Shown here piece after piece: positions 52,701 to 62,358 of a stretch of 64,000 bases of DNA. A program made the translations under genes and the position numbers. Location of the stretch: assembly GCA_030586555.1 (NCBI GenBank), contig JAURAC010000003.1, positions 32,001-96,000 on the forward strand, read 5' to 3'. Source of the DNA: Candidatus Subterrananammoxibius californiae (GTDB taxonomy: Bacteria; Planctomycetota; Brocadiia; Brocadiales; Subterrananammoxibiaceae). The number at the start of each line of letters is the position of its first letter. Position 1 is the stretch's first letter. The notes under the pieces are model-generated. The model saw only the letters and a program-made list of their open reading frames with translations, had not been told where the DNA came from and did no database searches.

Positions 52701-52958
52701 AGGCCTGGATATGGAAGTTACACGAACAACATTTGGTATTATGCTAACGGCATCCTCGATAGGTTTTGAAATAAGTGTTTCTATCTCGTTAGGCGCTGTG
52801 CCAGTGTAATTAGTTCTGACGGTAAGGGTGGGATATGAAATATCTGGCAAAAGATTGATAGGTAACTTATCAAACGAAATCCAGCCAAAGATACATAACG
52901 CTGCCATCAGCATTACGACCGTTACTGGCCTTCTTATGGAAAATTCAACAATCTTCAT
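49797..52958 (-). CDS. AcrB/RND efflux permease
   Basis: GMLVDNSIVVLE, GIVVNNAIVL, RLRPILMT. Confidence 0.95.
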   Translation of the reverse strand: MKIVEFSIRRPVTVVMLMAALCIFGWISFDKLPINLLPDISYPTLTVRTNYTGTAPNEIETLISKPIEDAVSIIPNVVRVTSISRPDVSDVVIEFDWKTNMDFASLNVREKLDLVTLPKEAEQPVLLRFDPSLDPIMRISLYGEESLVALRLIAEEEIKPVLEGLAGEVREGGSLLGAGLSGRGGVAAVKVSGGLQEEIHVEIQEAKLASLGIPISKVAARLKEENVNLTGGSIKEGEAEYLIRTFNEFKRVEEIDDIVLDVKNNVPIVLGDVSTVTKGYKERSVITRLNGRESLEIAIFKEADANTVTVARLIKEKLEGLNESLKKFSNNLKMEIVFDQSRFIEQSIKEVVNTAILGGILAVIILFFFLRTLKTTLIIGFSIPLSIVATFFFMYISGVSLNIMSLGGLALGIGMLVDNSIVVLESIERYRQKGLNSFEAANRGASDVVSAVMASTFTTVCVFFPIVFVKGIAGQLFRDTALTVCFSLLTSLFVAITLIPMLASLSNWAIFELLLLLVQKGFLVVLYPFLKVFNLVYSAVERTYPKVISFAISHKLIVIGCTIAALGSSWFAYKGLGMELIPEMSQGEFFINIKKPAGTPLEITLDTIKQMEGIVMRNPYVKKIYSIAGSTSQSGGSASEEREYVGGINVTLKDDVTPEQEEQVIDSLRDAFKDSPAVENKFSRPAYFSLATPIEVEIKGYDLRILEKISEQVLAAFKPIPWVTDIKPSPPRQGNPEIQIVFNRQKLAQLGLNIDTVGSLIRSNVLGEVGTEFSRRDRKIDVRVRARRPDVESVEDIKRLVINPEAKIPVTLGSVADIGIEEGPSEIRRIDRNRVVVVYANIKGTDLKTAIQEIEKRMANIFLPKDYEIRVSGQSREMRIAVPSMVFAGALAIFLVYLVMAAQFESLLHPFVIMFTIPFGIIGVALALYITRQLISIVALIGVVMLSGIVVNNAIVLIDCINRRRQEGLERREAIIEAGKMRLRPILMTTLTTILGLIPLSLGIGKGAELRSPMGITVIGGLAASTILTLVVIPTVYELFERMRLFFKKIGKT

Positions 52959-52972
52959 CGGTGGGACTTATA

Positions 52973-54946
52973 TTACTTCTCTATTTGAACATGGGTATTC
53001 ATGTCAGTTCTGTAAAAGCGATAGGTGTTTTTCCCGCTCTCTTTAGAATGGTACATGGCAATGTCTGCATATTTGGTCAAGCTGTCTACGTCACCCCCGT
53101 CCATTGGATAAACGCCGATACCTATACTGGCGGTTGTGTGGGTTTCGTTGCCATCAAGTATAAAGGGTTGGTATAATACATCGAGGATTTTCTGTGCAAT
53201 AACAGCAGCATCTTGTGCATGGGTAAGGTCAGGGAGGATGACCATAAATTCATCTCCACCCATACGTGCTACGGTGTCACCCTCACGCATAAGTCGTTTG
53301 AGCCGCTCCGCGACCGCCTTAATCAGTAAGTCTCCCATGTGGTGACCAAAAGAGTCATTAATGGTTTTGAGGTTATCGAGGTCAAGAAAAAAGACGCCCA
53401 CCACCAGTTTGTTACGCTTCGCATGAATCAGTGCCATTCGTAGACGGTCTTCAAATAGCATGCGGTTAGGTAAGTTAGTAAGGGCGTCGTGGTATGCCAT
53501 GTGTCTTATCGTAGCTTCTGACTGCTTACGCGCAATAGCGTTTCCTATGATTTCTGCCGCAATGCGTAGCAGAGCCAAATCATCCTCATGCCATGTACCG
53601 GTGCTCATAACGTTGTCAAAACCAATAAACCCGATTAATTTCTTGTCAATAGACACTGGCAGGGCTAATAATGACTTGATATCTTGGTCCTGCAGGATTT
53701 CCTTTTCAGCGGCTGCTTCAGGAGGTAATTTGGACACATCTGTAATCTCTATCACATTACCCGCATACAAGTTTGTCATCCACCATTGTACCATGGAGGT
53801 GTGGAGATTTTGGAGGTTCTGGATTTCAGGCGCGACCCCATCGTTGCACCATTCATGGGTATTATCCATAATTTTATCGTCGTCTCGGAACTGAAAGAGG
53901 TATGCCCTGCTGGCTCCACTCATCCGTCCAATGTCAGCCAATGAGGCAGAAACGGCAGTGTTAAAGTCCGAGAGTCTAACAAATCTCGTAGAGATACTGG
54001 CTATGGTCTTTTCAAAATCCATTCTATGCTTGAGAGCTTCTTCCGCTTGTTTTCGTTCGATAAACTGGCCAATTTGGCTTCCACTAACGATCATCAGATA
54101 GAGCAAGTCCTCATCGGGTTGCTCTATCTCCCGGCTAAAGAACTCGACTGCTCCTAAAAATTTGCTACTGCCCATGATGGGAAAAGCAAAGGCGCTATGC
54201 AACCCTTCCTTGGCAGCAATAGCGGCTCGCTGAAAATTAGTATCGTGAACAACGTCAGAAATCCAGACAGGTTTGGCATAAGCCCAGACGCGACCCGGCA
54301 ATCCAACACCTGGTGGAAATGTAGTTTTCCGACTAATTGCCTCAAACTCTGCCACTTTGACCGACGGTGAATGCCAGATTTCAATACAACGCAATTCGTT
54401 TTTCTTGCCTGCGGTCCAGAGTGCGCCTAAATCCCACCCCAGACCTTCACACATAGTTTGAAGAATTTTTAGTGTAGCTTCATCAATGGAGGTAGACTCT
54501 GTCAATATGCGCGTGATAGCGTACTGCACGCCAAGGCGTTGTTCAACCAACTTACGTCCGGCGATATCTCTAACTATTACCTGAGACACCCTCTTGCCTG
54601 CATATTCAATTACACTTCCTGTCAAATCAACCGGAACTGTGTTGCCGTCTTTTCTCAGTATTAGCATATCACTTATAGACCCCGACCCTTTTTCAATTCC
54701 TACTTTAAAAGCAGTAGTAACTCTTTTAAGCTCTTCCTTCGGGTGAAGCTGAGTAAAATTCATATTTACAAGCTCTTTTTGTGTGTAGCCTGTTAGTTCC
54801 TCTGCTTTCTTATTTACTTCCAGCAGGTTACCTTCGGTGTCAGTCAGAAATATAGCATCACTGGCATAATACATCAAAGAACGATATTTTTGGTCGGGCT
54901 CGTCATGTGTCTTGTTGATATGGTTTTCTTCACACATCATTTGCAC
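52973..54946 (-). CDS. PAS-GAF-GAF diguanylate cyclase
   Basis: PAS, GLPGRVW GAF, HDALTNLPNR, RMGGDEF. Confidence 0.92.
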   Translation of the reverse strand: MQMMCEENHINKTHDEPDQKYRSLMYYASDAIFLTDTEGNLLEVNKKAEELTGYTQKELVNMNFTQLHPKEELKRVTTAFKVGIEKGSGSISDMLILRKDGNTVPVDLTGSVIEYAGKRVSQVIVRDIAGRKLVEQRLGVQYAITRILTESTSIDEATLKILQTMCEGLGWDLGALWTAGKKNELRCIEIWHSPSVKVAEFEAISRKTTFPPGVGLPGRVWAYAKPVWISDVVHDTNFQRAAIAAKEGLHSAFAFPIMGSSKFLGAVEFFSREIEQPDEDLLYLMIVSGSQIGQFIERKQAEEALKHRMDFEKTIASISTRFVRLSDFNTAVSASLADIGRMSGASRAYLFQFRDDDKIMDNTHEWCNDGVAPEIQNLQNLHTSMVQWWMTNLYAGNVIEITDVSKLPPEAAAEKEILQDQDIKSLLALPVSIDKKLIGFIGFDNVMSTGTWHEDDLALLRIAAEIIGNAIARKQSEATIRHMAYHDALTNLPNRMLFEDRLRMALIHAKRNKLVVGVFFLDLDNLKTINDSFGHHMGDLLIKAVAERLKRLMREGDTVARMGGDEFMVILPDLTHAQDAAVIAQKILDVLYQPFILDGNETHTTASIGIGVYPMDGGDVDSLTKYADIAMYHSKESGKNTYRFYRTDMNTHVQIEK

Positions 54947-54964
54947 CTCTGGCAGATGGTTGTT

Positions 54965-56434
54965 TTACTCCTTAGCAACGACAGGCGAAGGTGCCTCTGT
55001 TCCAGAGACGACTGTAACTGCAGCACCCGACCCAAGGTCTTCATGTCCTACAATAACAATTACATCGTCTTCATTAAGACCACTGATTACCTCAACTTCA
55101 TTGCCTTCAGAAAATCCAAGCTTAACCTTTGCTTTATGTGCCCTTGTCTCCAACTGAAGCGCATCATTCTGAACTTGTAGGGGCGAACGGCCGTTCGCCC
55201 CTACCTTTTCTATATCAATACGACTCCCTGTAGCTTCTGCAATGCCATCGGAACCCTCTAAAAGTTCAATGGTAATACCACCTGGTCCGCCTGAGGCGGA
55301 CTTCTCGCTTACTATCCCTGTAACACACTTTTCTGCTTCGTGGTCAGTCGGTTGTGCTACCGGGTCATCTTTCCTACCTGCATGAGGTGGTCTGGACTTC
55401 AAACCTTCGGCTGAGCAGTTCGACCCTGAGCTCACTGCCGAAGGGTTCAGGTCGAAGCCAAATGAAAGCTTTACGTAATCGCCAACAACAAATTTTTTAG
55501 CCTCCTGCTCAGAAAGTGAAAGTATAGCAAAATTTTTGACAACAAACACCTCTGCACCCTCTGATTCAAAGAGTAATGCCTTTTTGGGTATTATTAACGC
55601 ATTCGCATGTTGTTCAGTGATAGTATAAACCGACGCAAACATGCCAGGCCTGAGAGGAGAGCCTTCTGTATATTCAATTTCTATGGTTACTTTTATAGTT
55701 CCGCTTTCGGGGTCAACTACCGGGCTAATCATCTTTACCACGCCGTTAAATTGTAATCCCGGAAGCGATTCAATGGTTATAATAGCGGGCTGTCCCTCTT
55801 TAAGCTTGCTCAGGTCTTTTTCAGGTACATGAATCCTTGCAAGCAGCGGGTTAAAGTTTGCTACTGCAAAGACCTTCTGATTCTTTTGCACCACATTTCC
55901 CACCTCAATTACCCTACCAACAACTATACCAGTTATTGGAGATGTTATAGTATTGTATGTATATTCAAGGTTTTTCCTTTCGTAATCCACCATCGAGGTT
56001 TCATATTGCAGCCTGCTTTCGTCAAGCTGTTCTTTGCTGGTGATTTTATCCTCGTATGTACCCTGGGAGCGTTCGTATATCATTTTGGCATTTTCGCACC
56101 TTATCTTCGCATCTTTAAGGGCAAGGAGTGATTCTGTCTCGTCAAGTTTTGCAAGCGCCTGACCTTCAGCCACTTTTTGTCCTTCTTCGACAAGTATCTC
56201 CTTTACTTGTCCAGAGGTTTTTGTCATTATATCAACCTGTTTCTCTGCCTCAATTGTGCAATTGATGAGTAAGTAAGTGTTTATATCCTTTTTTTTAACA
56301 TGAGCAACCTCTACCGGTATTGCAGCTTTCTGGGGTAAGGAAGCGTTAGCTTCCCTGTTAAGCCCGGTCAAAGCCGATTCAAGAATAATTAATAAAGGTA
56401 TAACAATTATGTTTATAATACCCGGTTTAGACAT
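54965..56434 (-). CDS. RND periplasmic adaptor with a large C-terminal insertion
   Basis: VEEGQKV, SPITG, LRPGMF, IPKKA, VEVISGL. Confidence 0.88.
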   Translation of the reverse strand: MSKPGIINIIVIPLLIILESALTGLNREANASLPQKAAIPVEVAHVKKKDINTYLLINCTIEAEKQVDIMTKTSGQVKEILVEEGQKVAEGQALAKLDETESLLALKDAKIRCENAKMIYERSQGTYEDKITSKEQLDESRLQYETSMVDYERKNLEYTYNTITSPITGIVVGRVIEVGNVVQKNQKVFAVANFNPLLARIHVPEKDLSKLKEGQPAIITIESLPGLQFNGVVKMISPVVDPESGTIKVTIEIEYTEGSPLRPGMFASVYTITEQHANALIIPKKALLFESEGAEVFVVKNFAILSLSEQEAKKFVVGDYVKLSFGFDLNPSAVSSGSNCSAEGLKSRPPHAGRKDDPVAQPTDHEAEKCVTGIVSEKSASGGPGGITIELLEGSDGIAEATGSRIDIEKVGANGRSPLQVQNDALQLETRAHKAKVKLGFSEGNEVEVISGLNEDDVIVIVGHEDLGSGAAVTVVSGTEAPSPVVAKE

Positions 56435-56597
56435 GTTCTTCTCGCCAAAAATATTAAACATACATTAATTTTAGCATATAACCCGCATAAAGCAAGGAGT
56501 AAAACTTATTTAAGCTGTGCGTAATGAGCTATGAGCAATGAACTACGAGCTAAATTGCCTTGCTTTTTTGGCATGCTGTGCGTATAATTATTTTATC

Positions 56598-57146
56598 ATG
56601 GAAATTGTAATTTATCCTGCACCTGTATTAAGATTAAAGGCTAAACCCGTAGAGGAGATAGATGATACTGTTTCCCAGCGTGCTGAGGAGATGCTGGAAT
56701 TGATGTATGAGGCAAAAGGAGTGGGTCTTGCTGCGCCGCAAATAGGCTGGTCTAAGCGTCTAATCGTCAAAGATGTTGCAGGCGAGAAGATAGACGACAA
56801 GGTTTTTATAAATCCAGTTATCATTGAGGAAAAAGGAGAGGTTATAGAAGAAGAGGGCTGCTTAAGTTTTCCGGGTGTATTAGGAAAGGTAATGCGCGCT
56901 GAGCAGGTGGTGGTAATTGCTTACAACCTGAAAGGCGAGAGGCTCGAATTTGAAGCTGTAGGATTGGATGCTCGTGTCTGGCAGCATGAGATTGACCATA
57001 TTGATGGACGCCTTTTTATTGATAAGATGAGCCCTGCAAGCCGATTGGCCGTTTCAGGGCGATTAAAAGAACTCGAACGAGAATACCAAAAACGGCAGTC
57101 AAGTTATCAGATATCAGCACCAAGTAAGCTGAAAGCTGATGTATGA
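56598..57146 (+). CDS. def: Peptide deformylase
   Basis: GVGLAAPQ, EGCLS, QHEIDH. Confidence 0.97.
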   Translation: MEIVIYPAPVLRLKAKPVEEIDDTVSQRAEEMLELMYEAKGVGLAAPQIGWSKRLIVKDVAGEKIDDKVFINPVIIEEKGEVIEEEGCLSFPGVLGKVMRAEQVVVIAYNLKGERLEFEAVGLDARVWQHEIDHIDGRLFIDKMSPASRLAVSGRLKELEREYQKRQSSYQISAPSKLKADV

Positions 57147-58135
57147 ACATAGTTTTTTTGGGAACATCTGACTTTGCTGTGCCCAGCTTGCGTTCTTTGG
57201 CAGCCTCTAAGCACAAGATTTTGGCAGTGGTTACGCAGCCCGACAGGCCAAAGGGAAGAAGCAGCCAACCCTGCCCGTCTCCTGTTAAAGCGGTCGCCGA
57301 TGAATACGGTTTGCGTGTAATTCAACCTGAAAATGTTAATCATCCAGAAACTGTTTTACTATTGGAGGAGACGCGTCCCGATATTATTATAGTAGTTGCT
57401 TATGGTCAGAAGCTTTCCCAGCAAATTTTATCTATACCTAAATATCAATGTATCAATATACACGCCTCCTTACTCCCGAGGTATCGGGGTGCAGCGCCTG
57501 TAAATTGGGCAATCATAAACGGGGAGGATGTTACAGGGGTAAGCATTATAATAATGGGAGAGCGAATGGATACTGGCGACATTATCGCCCAGCGCTCATT
57601 ATCAATATACCCTCATGAAACCGCAGGTGAATTAGAAAAACGTCTCGCCCCGTTGGGCGCCGAAGTTTTACTATTTGTACTGGAACAACTTGAGAAAGGC
57701 ACTGTAATTTCCAAAGCGCAGGATGATGCTAATGCAACCTATGCGAAAAAGTTAAAAAAAGAAGACGGCAGGATAAATTGGAACCAGGATGCAAAGAGGA
57801 TACACAATTTCGTCAGAGGGATGACGCCTCGTCCATGCGCATATACATATCTTTCTAAGGCAGATAAAAAAATTAGAATAATTATTTTGAAAACAGAAAT
57901 AGGCACTGTGTGGCATGGACAAACTTGTTTGTCCGTGAAACCACAGCCTGGTGATGTCATTGACATCTCAGCTAAAGGGATAAACGTGGCAGCAATTGAT
58001 ACAGCTGGTGCTGACTTCGTTCCAAGTATCTTGATTACCATGCTACAGCCCGAGGGTAGGCGGTTAATGAGCGCAGCAGAATTTATTCGAGGGCATAGTA
58101 TTAAAGTAGGAGACCATTTCAACTCTATACCATAA
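57143..58135 (+). CDS. fmt: Methionyl-tRNA formyltransferase
   Basis: VTQPDRP, NIHASLLPRYRGAAP, MDTGD. Confidence 0.97.
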   Translation: MNIVFLGTSDFAVPSLRSLAASKHKILAVVTQPDRPKGRSSQPCPSPVKAVADEYGLRVIQPENVNHPETVLLLEETRPDIIIVVAYGQKLSQQILSIPKYQCINIHASLLPRYRGAAPVNWAIINGEDVTGVSIIIMGERMDTGDIIAQRSLSIYPHETAGELEKRLAPLGAEVLLFVLEQLEKGTVISKAQDDANATYAKKLKKEDGRINWNQDAKRIHNFVRGMTPRPCAYTYLSKADKKIRIIILKTEIGTVWHGQTCLSVKPQPGDVIDISAKGINVAAIDTAGADFVPSILITMLQPEGRRLMSAAEFIRGHSIKVGDHFNSIP

Positions 58136-58192
58136 GTAGCAGTGGCGGATTAACCCGCCACATAATAAAAATAAAGGGGAGAACTTATAGCT

Positions 58193-58672
58193 ATGGAAGT
58201 GCTTGATAAGAAATTTGTATCGTTAAACAATCTGATGACCAGGTTAAGGAATAAGAAGTGTTCACCAGGCAGTTTGTTGCTTTTGTTTCCCCACTGCATA
58301 CAATATTCTAAATGCAAGCAGAATATAAATGCAGATTTAGCAGAATGCAGACGCTGTGGCAAATGCAAGGTCAAGGATTTGTTGGAGCTTTCTGAAGAAT
58401 ACGGGGTTAGTATTGCTATAGCAAATGGAGGCAGGATTGCGCTCCAGAGGGTTATGGCTGACGAAGTAAAAGGCGTAATAGCAATTGCCTGTGAGAAAGA
58501 ACTCCGCTTAGGAATTATGGCAGCCCTTTCTAAGAGGGTACTTGGAGTTGCCAATCTAAGACCTCATGGATATTGTGTGGATACCGATGTCGTGCTTGAC
58601 GACGTAAGAAAGGCTATTGAGCAGTTTTTAGAACGACCCCCTGTTTCAAACAGCGAATCCCCCTCGACTTAA
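58193..58672 (+). CDS. DUF116 protein
   Basis: PHCIQ, CRRCGKC, AIACEKEL, CVDT. Confidence 0.85.
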   Translation: MEVLDKKFVSLNNLMTRLRNKKCSPGSLLLLFPHCIQYSKCKQNINADLAECRRCGKCKVKDLLELSEEYGVSIAIANGGRIALQRVMADEVKGVIAIACEKELRLGIMAALSKRVLGVANLRPHGYCVDTDVVLDDVRKAIEQFLERPPVSNSESPST

Positions 58673-60148
58673 AGGTAGAATATCTTTGTTAATCAGTGGG
58701 CAATTTTTTGCCCTAACATCAGGAGGAATAGGAAGGCCCAAAAACCCACCTTCTTCTCGATTATAAAGCTCGTATATTAGGAAATCTTTAGTCTCTTCTC
58801 TTTGTTCGTTTGTTAAAATACCCCCGTCCTTTTTCGAAGGCTCTTTTATCAAAATACCCCCATTCTCCTTCGAAAGTACTTTTGTTAAACTACCTTCGTT
58901 CTTCTCTGAAAGCTCTTTATCTATTTGAAGTACCCACCTCGTGCCATGAGCAAAAGGCATTTTAGGTGAAAAATCTTTTGAAAATGTAAACCCCCCTCCA
59001 TCGCAATAACACTCTCTAACAAATTGTTTAATCCTCTCTATTTTATCTTTCTCAATTTTCAAACCTAAAAGGTTCATAATGCGGAGGGCAAAATAGGTAC
59101 CGTTTGTTGAGGCTATTCTTCCCTCAGAAGCACCATATCCACCCCGTTGTTCATCCCAGCATCTATCTATAAATTTTAAAAATTTAGTCTTTTTCTCATC
59201 ATTAAAGAACTTGTTGCGTAATTTAGTGAATTCTTCCTTATAATAAGGTTTATCGCCCATTAACGATAACGCAAAAGATGTGGCGGACATGGTCGGTTTT
59301 TTTTGGGAAGGGCTTGGGGCAAAGCCTAAGGCAGAGCCATCGACGTCGATAGACTTTTCACAGTTTTCTATATAGTTTTCAATTTCAGACTTTGGGATTA
59401 GTTCAAATAATTTGTTCTCCCTATTCAATGACCAAAATAGTCTACTTAATAAGTACGTTACGCATATTCCGTCAGTCGTATTATTTCCTGGTTGGTCGTA
59501 AACATAATGAATATTATCCTTCAATTCTACACAACTTCTAATAAACTCGTTTAACTTAGTATCTCTCCACTCAATTATCTTTTTAAGGAACTCATTTGTG
59601 TTTCCATTATTAATTAATTTTTCCTTTATTGGTATGCCAAGTGCATGTTTTATCACCTCTATTGCATTAGAAGTTCCATAAATACTGACTTTCTCTTCTT
59701 TCCCGTTAGGGGTAGGGAACGGAACAATGCTATAACCTCCTTGTTTCTCATCAAAGCACCTATTTACAAAGTTGAGGATCCTATCCTGATTATGTTTAAT
59801 AAACCCTCCGTCTTTTAATAAAGAGAGGCTTACTAAAGCGGCACGAGTAGTATCTATACTTCTTTGTAACCAACAATACATGTAATCCCTGAAGCCTGGC
59901 TCTAATCCGATATCACTACTTCTTAGCAAAACAAGCATAGCGTTACCCACGTCTCGCTTGGCTTCTTCTCTTAGTTCTGCGTCTTTAATAGAAAAGATGC
60001 ATGGTTTAATGTAGGAGGGGAGTACAGGAGGCTGTAGCTGTAAAGGTGGCATTTGAAGCGCTTTTTCTACTGGTGGATCTCCTCTCATAGACCAATAAAT
60101 AAATATCCCACCTAAAAAGATAAGGCTGGAAAAGAATAGGATATTCAT
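58646..60148 (-). CDS. Prenyltransferase/squalene-cyclase-repeat protein, possibly the 3' part of a frameshifted gene
   Basis: Repeated F...C....GG[YF]...T..AL motifs. Confidence 0.65.
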   Translation of the reverse strand: MNILFFSSLIFLGGIFIYWSMRGDPPVEKALQMPPLQLQPPVLPSYIKPCIFSIKDAELREEAKRDVGNAMLVLLRSSDIGLEPGFRDYMYCWLQRSIDTTRAALVSLSLLKDGGFIKHNQDRILNFVNRCFDEKQGGYSIVPFPTPNGKEEKVSIYGTSNAIEVIKHALGIPIKEKLINNGNTNEFLKKIIEWRDTKLNEFIRSCVELKDNIHYVYDQPGNNTTDGICVTYLLSRLFWSLNRENKLFELIPKSEIENYIENCEKSIDVDGSALGFAPSPSQKKPTMSATSFALSLMGDKPYYKEEFTKLRNKFFNDEKKTKFLKFIDRCWDEQRGGYGASEGRIASTNGTYFALRIMNLLGLKIEKDKIERIKQFVRECYCDGGGFTFSKDFSPKMPFAHGTRWVLQIDKELSEKNEGSLTKVLSKENGGILIKEPSKKDGGILTNEQREETKDFLIYELYNREEGGFLGLPIPPDVRAKNCPLINKDILPLSRGGFAV

Positions 60149-60155
60149 GAATAGT

Positions 60156-60578
60156 TCATTTATGCTCACTATCCCTCCAACGCTTATCCCAGAAAACCAT
60201 CTTCTCAAACGCTATTACCCAGAAGAAAATAATAAGTATTATAAACAGGAATGCAGCTGGTTCGGTGGGTTTAAATGGTTTGAAAAGGTCAAGAGCTCTC
60301 TCGAAAAAGCTAATCAAAAGGACAACGAAAAATGAGAAAAATAGAGGAATGCTATATTTTTTGATTCTGTACCAGAAACCTCCCTTCCGGTTTTGGCATA
60401 CGTTTGCAAAACTCTGGGCAAGTAAGACTACCGCTATTCCACACAAGAAAAGGAGTGCAATTGCATATCTGAGCGGAAAGTCTGGTGATAAAGATTCTTT
60501 GGGCGAAGGTTTTTCAAGAATGATATACGTTAACCAGACTGCAATAAATGCACCGAAGAAATGATTAATTGCACCCAC
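60156..60578 (-). CDS. Hypothetical multi-TM protein
   Basis: Four hydrophobic segments; GAGG RBS. Confidence 0.55.
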   Translation of the reverse strand: MGAINHFFGAFIAVWLTYIILEKPSPKESLSPDFPLRYAIALLFLCGIAVVLLAQSFANVCQNRKGGFWYRIKKYSIPLFFSFFVVLLISFFERALDLFKPFKPTEPAAFLFIILIIFFWVIAFEKMVFWDKRWRDSEHK

Positions 60579-60925
60579 TAATTTCCTCCTTTTTCAGCTC
60601 TATTAAAAGTTATTTAGTAACCATGTACTTAAAGAAGTTAAGAAGTATAGAGTTGAACTATTTTATCCCACCCCCCCCACTTCATCCCACATTGTAACAC
60701 TTAATTTATACCTTTTTTTCGTCATTGTCAAGAAATTTTTTATAGGCGTTTTCACAAATTTTTTTAAAAATCCACCACGTTCTAACACTACAATATATTG
60801 ATGTAATATCTTTTTCTAAGTCAATATATAGTTGATGTAAAAATATACAAAAAAATTTTCTAAAAATAATAATAAAATTTTTCTTGACAAAGGAGAAAAA
60901 AGGTTTATAAAGGCAAGTGTTATAT

Positions 60926-60952
60926 TGTGGCAAAAAGTGGGGAGAAATGGGG
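60926..60952 (+). promoter_or_regulatory. MraZ-binding direct repeats
   Basis: GTGGC-N5-GTGGG-N5-ATGGG directly upstream of mraZ. Confidence 0.75.
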
Positions 60953-61384
60953 ATGCTCACGGGAACCTTCTGTCACGCCTTAGACGAAAAAAACCGTTTA
61001 TCCATTCCATCCAAATGGAGAAAAGACCTCGAAAAGGATGGAAAGGAAGTATACGTCACTCCTGGTTTGGATCAATGTCTTTTCATATTGTCCTCTCTTC
61101 AGTTTGAAGAACTCGCACAAAAGGTCAAACAGCTTCCTTTTACAAAGGAAAATGTGCGGTCCTTTTTGCGGCTCTTTTTTTCCAAAGCTTCTCCGCCCCT
61201 TGAATTTGACAAACAGGGCAGAATCTTAATACCTCAGTTTTTAAAAGACCATGCCGAGATTGATAAGGAAATAGTCCTCGTTGGTGTATACGACAGGATT
61301 GAAGCATGGAACCCAAAACTCTGGGATAGTTTCAACTCACAAAAGGAGGGGTCTTTTGAAAAGATTGCAGAAACCCTCTTTTAA
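60953..61384 (+). CDS. mraZ: Transcriptional regulator MraZ
   Basis: DEKNRLSIP, DKQGRILIP, GVYDRIEAW. Confidence 0.95.
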   Translation: MLTGTFCHALDEKNRLSIPSKWRKDLEKDGKEVYVTPGLDQCLFILSSLQFEELAQKVKQLPFTKENVRSFLRLFFSKASPPLEFDKQGRILIPQFLKDHAEIDKEIVLVGVYDRIEAWNPKLWDSFNSQKEGSFEKIAETLF

Positions 61385-61427
61385 GTCTTCATCTGAACAA
61401 GAAGTCCTTTTGTTTTTTATTATATTT

Positions 61428-62351
61428 ATGATGTCAGGGACGATTAAAAATATACCCATCCATAAACCAGTGATGGTCGAGGAAGTCCTGGGATTTCTCA
61501 GACCACAGCCGGGTAAAATTATTGTTGATTGTACAATAGGGACTGGAGGGCATGCAAGTGAAATCTTGAAAAGAATTGAGCCCGGAGGGATATTAATTGG
61601 AATTGATAAAGACGAAGAAATGTTAAAAATAGCAAAAGAACGCCTTGGGGCTATTGGCAATTCCTTCAGGCTTTTTCATGCAGACTATGCTAACTTAGGG
61701 CTTGTTTTAAAGGAGGCAAATATTGAAAGGGTTGATGGAGCGCTTCTGGACCTCGGTGTTTCCTCACCTCAACTGGAGATACCTGAACGAGGTTTTAGTT
61801 TTGATAAGGAAGGTCCTCTTGATATGAGAATGGACAGGTCGGGAGGTATTACAGCCTCTAATTTGCTTGGGAAACTTTCTGAGAGGGAAATGGAGATTAC
61901 CTTCAGGAGATACGGCGAGGAACGCTGGTCAAGAAGGATTGCTCGGGTTATCCTTCGAGAACGGAGTAAAAGCCGTATTGAGACAACTACGCAACTGGCA
62001 AATATAATAGAGCGTGTGGTACCTCCTGTCCGCCCAAAAGCTGGCGGACGTGGAAGGATTCATCCGGCAACGCGTGTTTTTCAAGCCCTTCGTATCGCCG
62101 TAAATAAGGAACTTGAAAGCCTTGAGTATTTGTTAAATCATGTGCACGAGTTTCTAACTACAGGCGCACGCATTGTGGTCATAAGTTTTCACTCTTTAGA
62201 AGACCGTATCGTAAAAAATGCCTTTCGCAATGGCGCTCAGGATTCGAACCTAAAAATTTTGACCCAAAAACCTCTGATGCCACGAAGTGCAGAAGTTATT
62301 GAAAACATTAGAAGTAGGAGCGCAAAACTTCGTGTGGCGGAAAGGGTCTAA
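61428..62351 (+). CDS. rsmH: 16S rRNA m4C1402 methyltransferase
   Basis: HKPVM, DCTIGTGGH, DLGVSSPQL, HPATRVFQALRI, SFHSLEDR. Confidence 0.97.
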   Translation: MMSGTIKNIPIHKPVMVEEVLGFLRPQPGKIIVDCTIGTGGHASEILKRIEPGGILIGIDKDEEMLKIAKERLGAIGNSFRLFHADYANLGLVLKEANIERVDGALLDLGVSSPQLEIPERGFSFDKEGPLDMRMDRSGGITASNLLGKLSEREMEITFRRYGEERWSRRIARVILRERSKSRIETTTQLANIIERVVPPVRPKAGGRGRIHPATRVFQALRIAVNKELESLEYLLNHVHEFLTTGARIVVISFHSLEDRIVKNAFRNGAQDSNLKILTQKPLMPRSAEVIENIRSRSAKLRVAERV

Positions 62352-62358
62352 AGGAATA

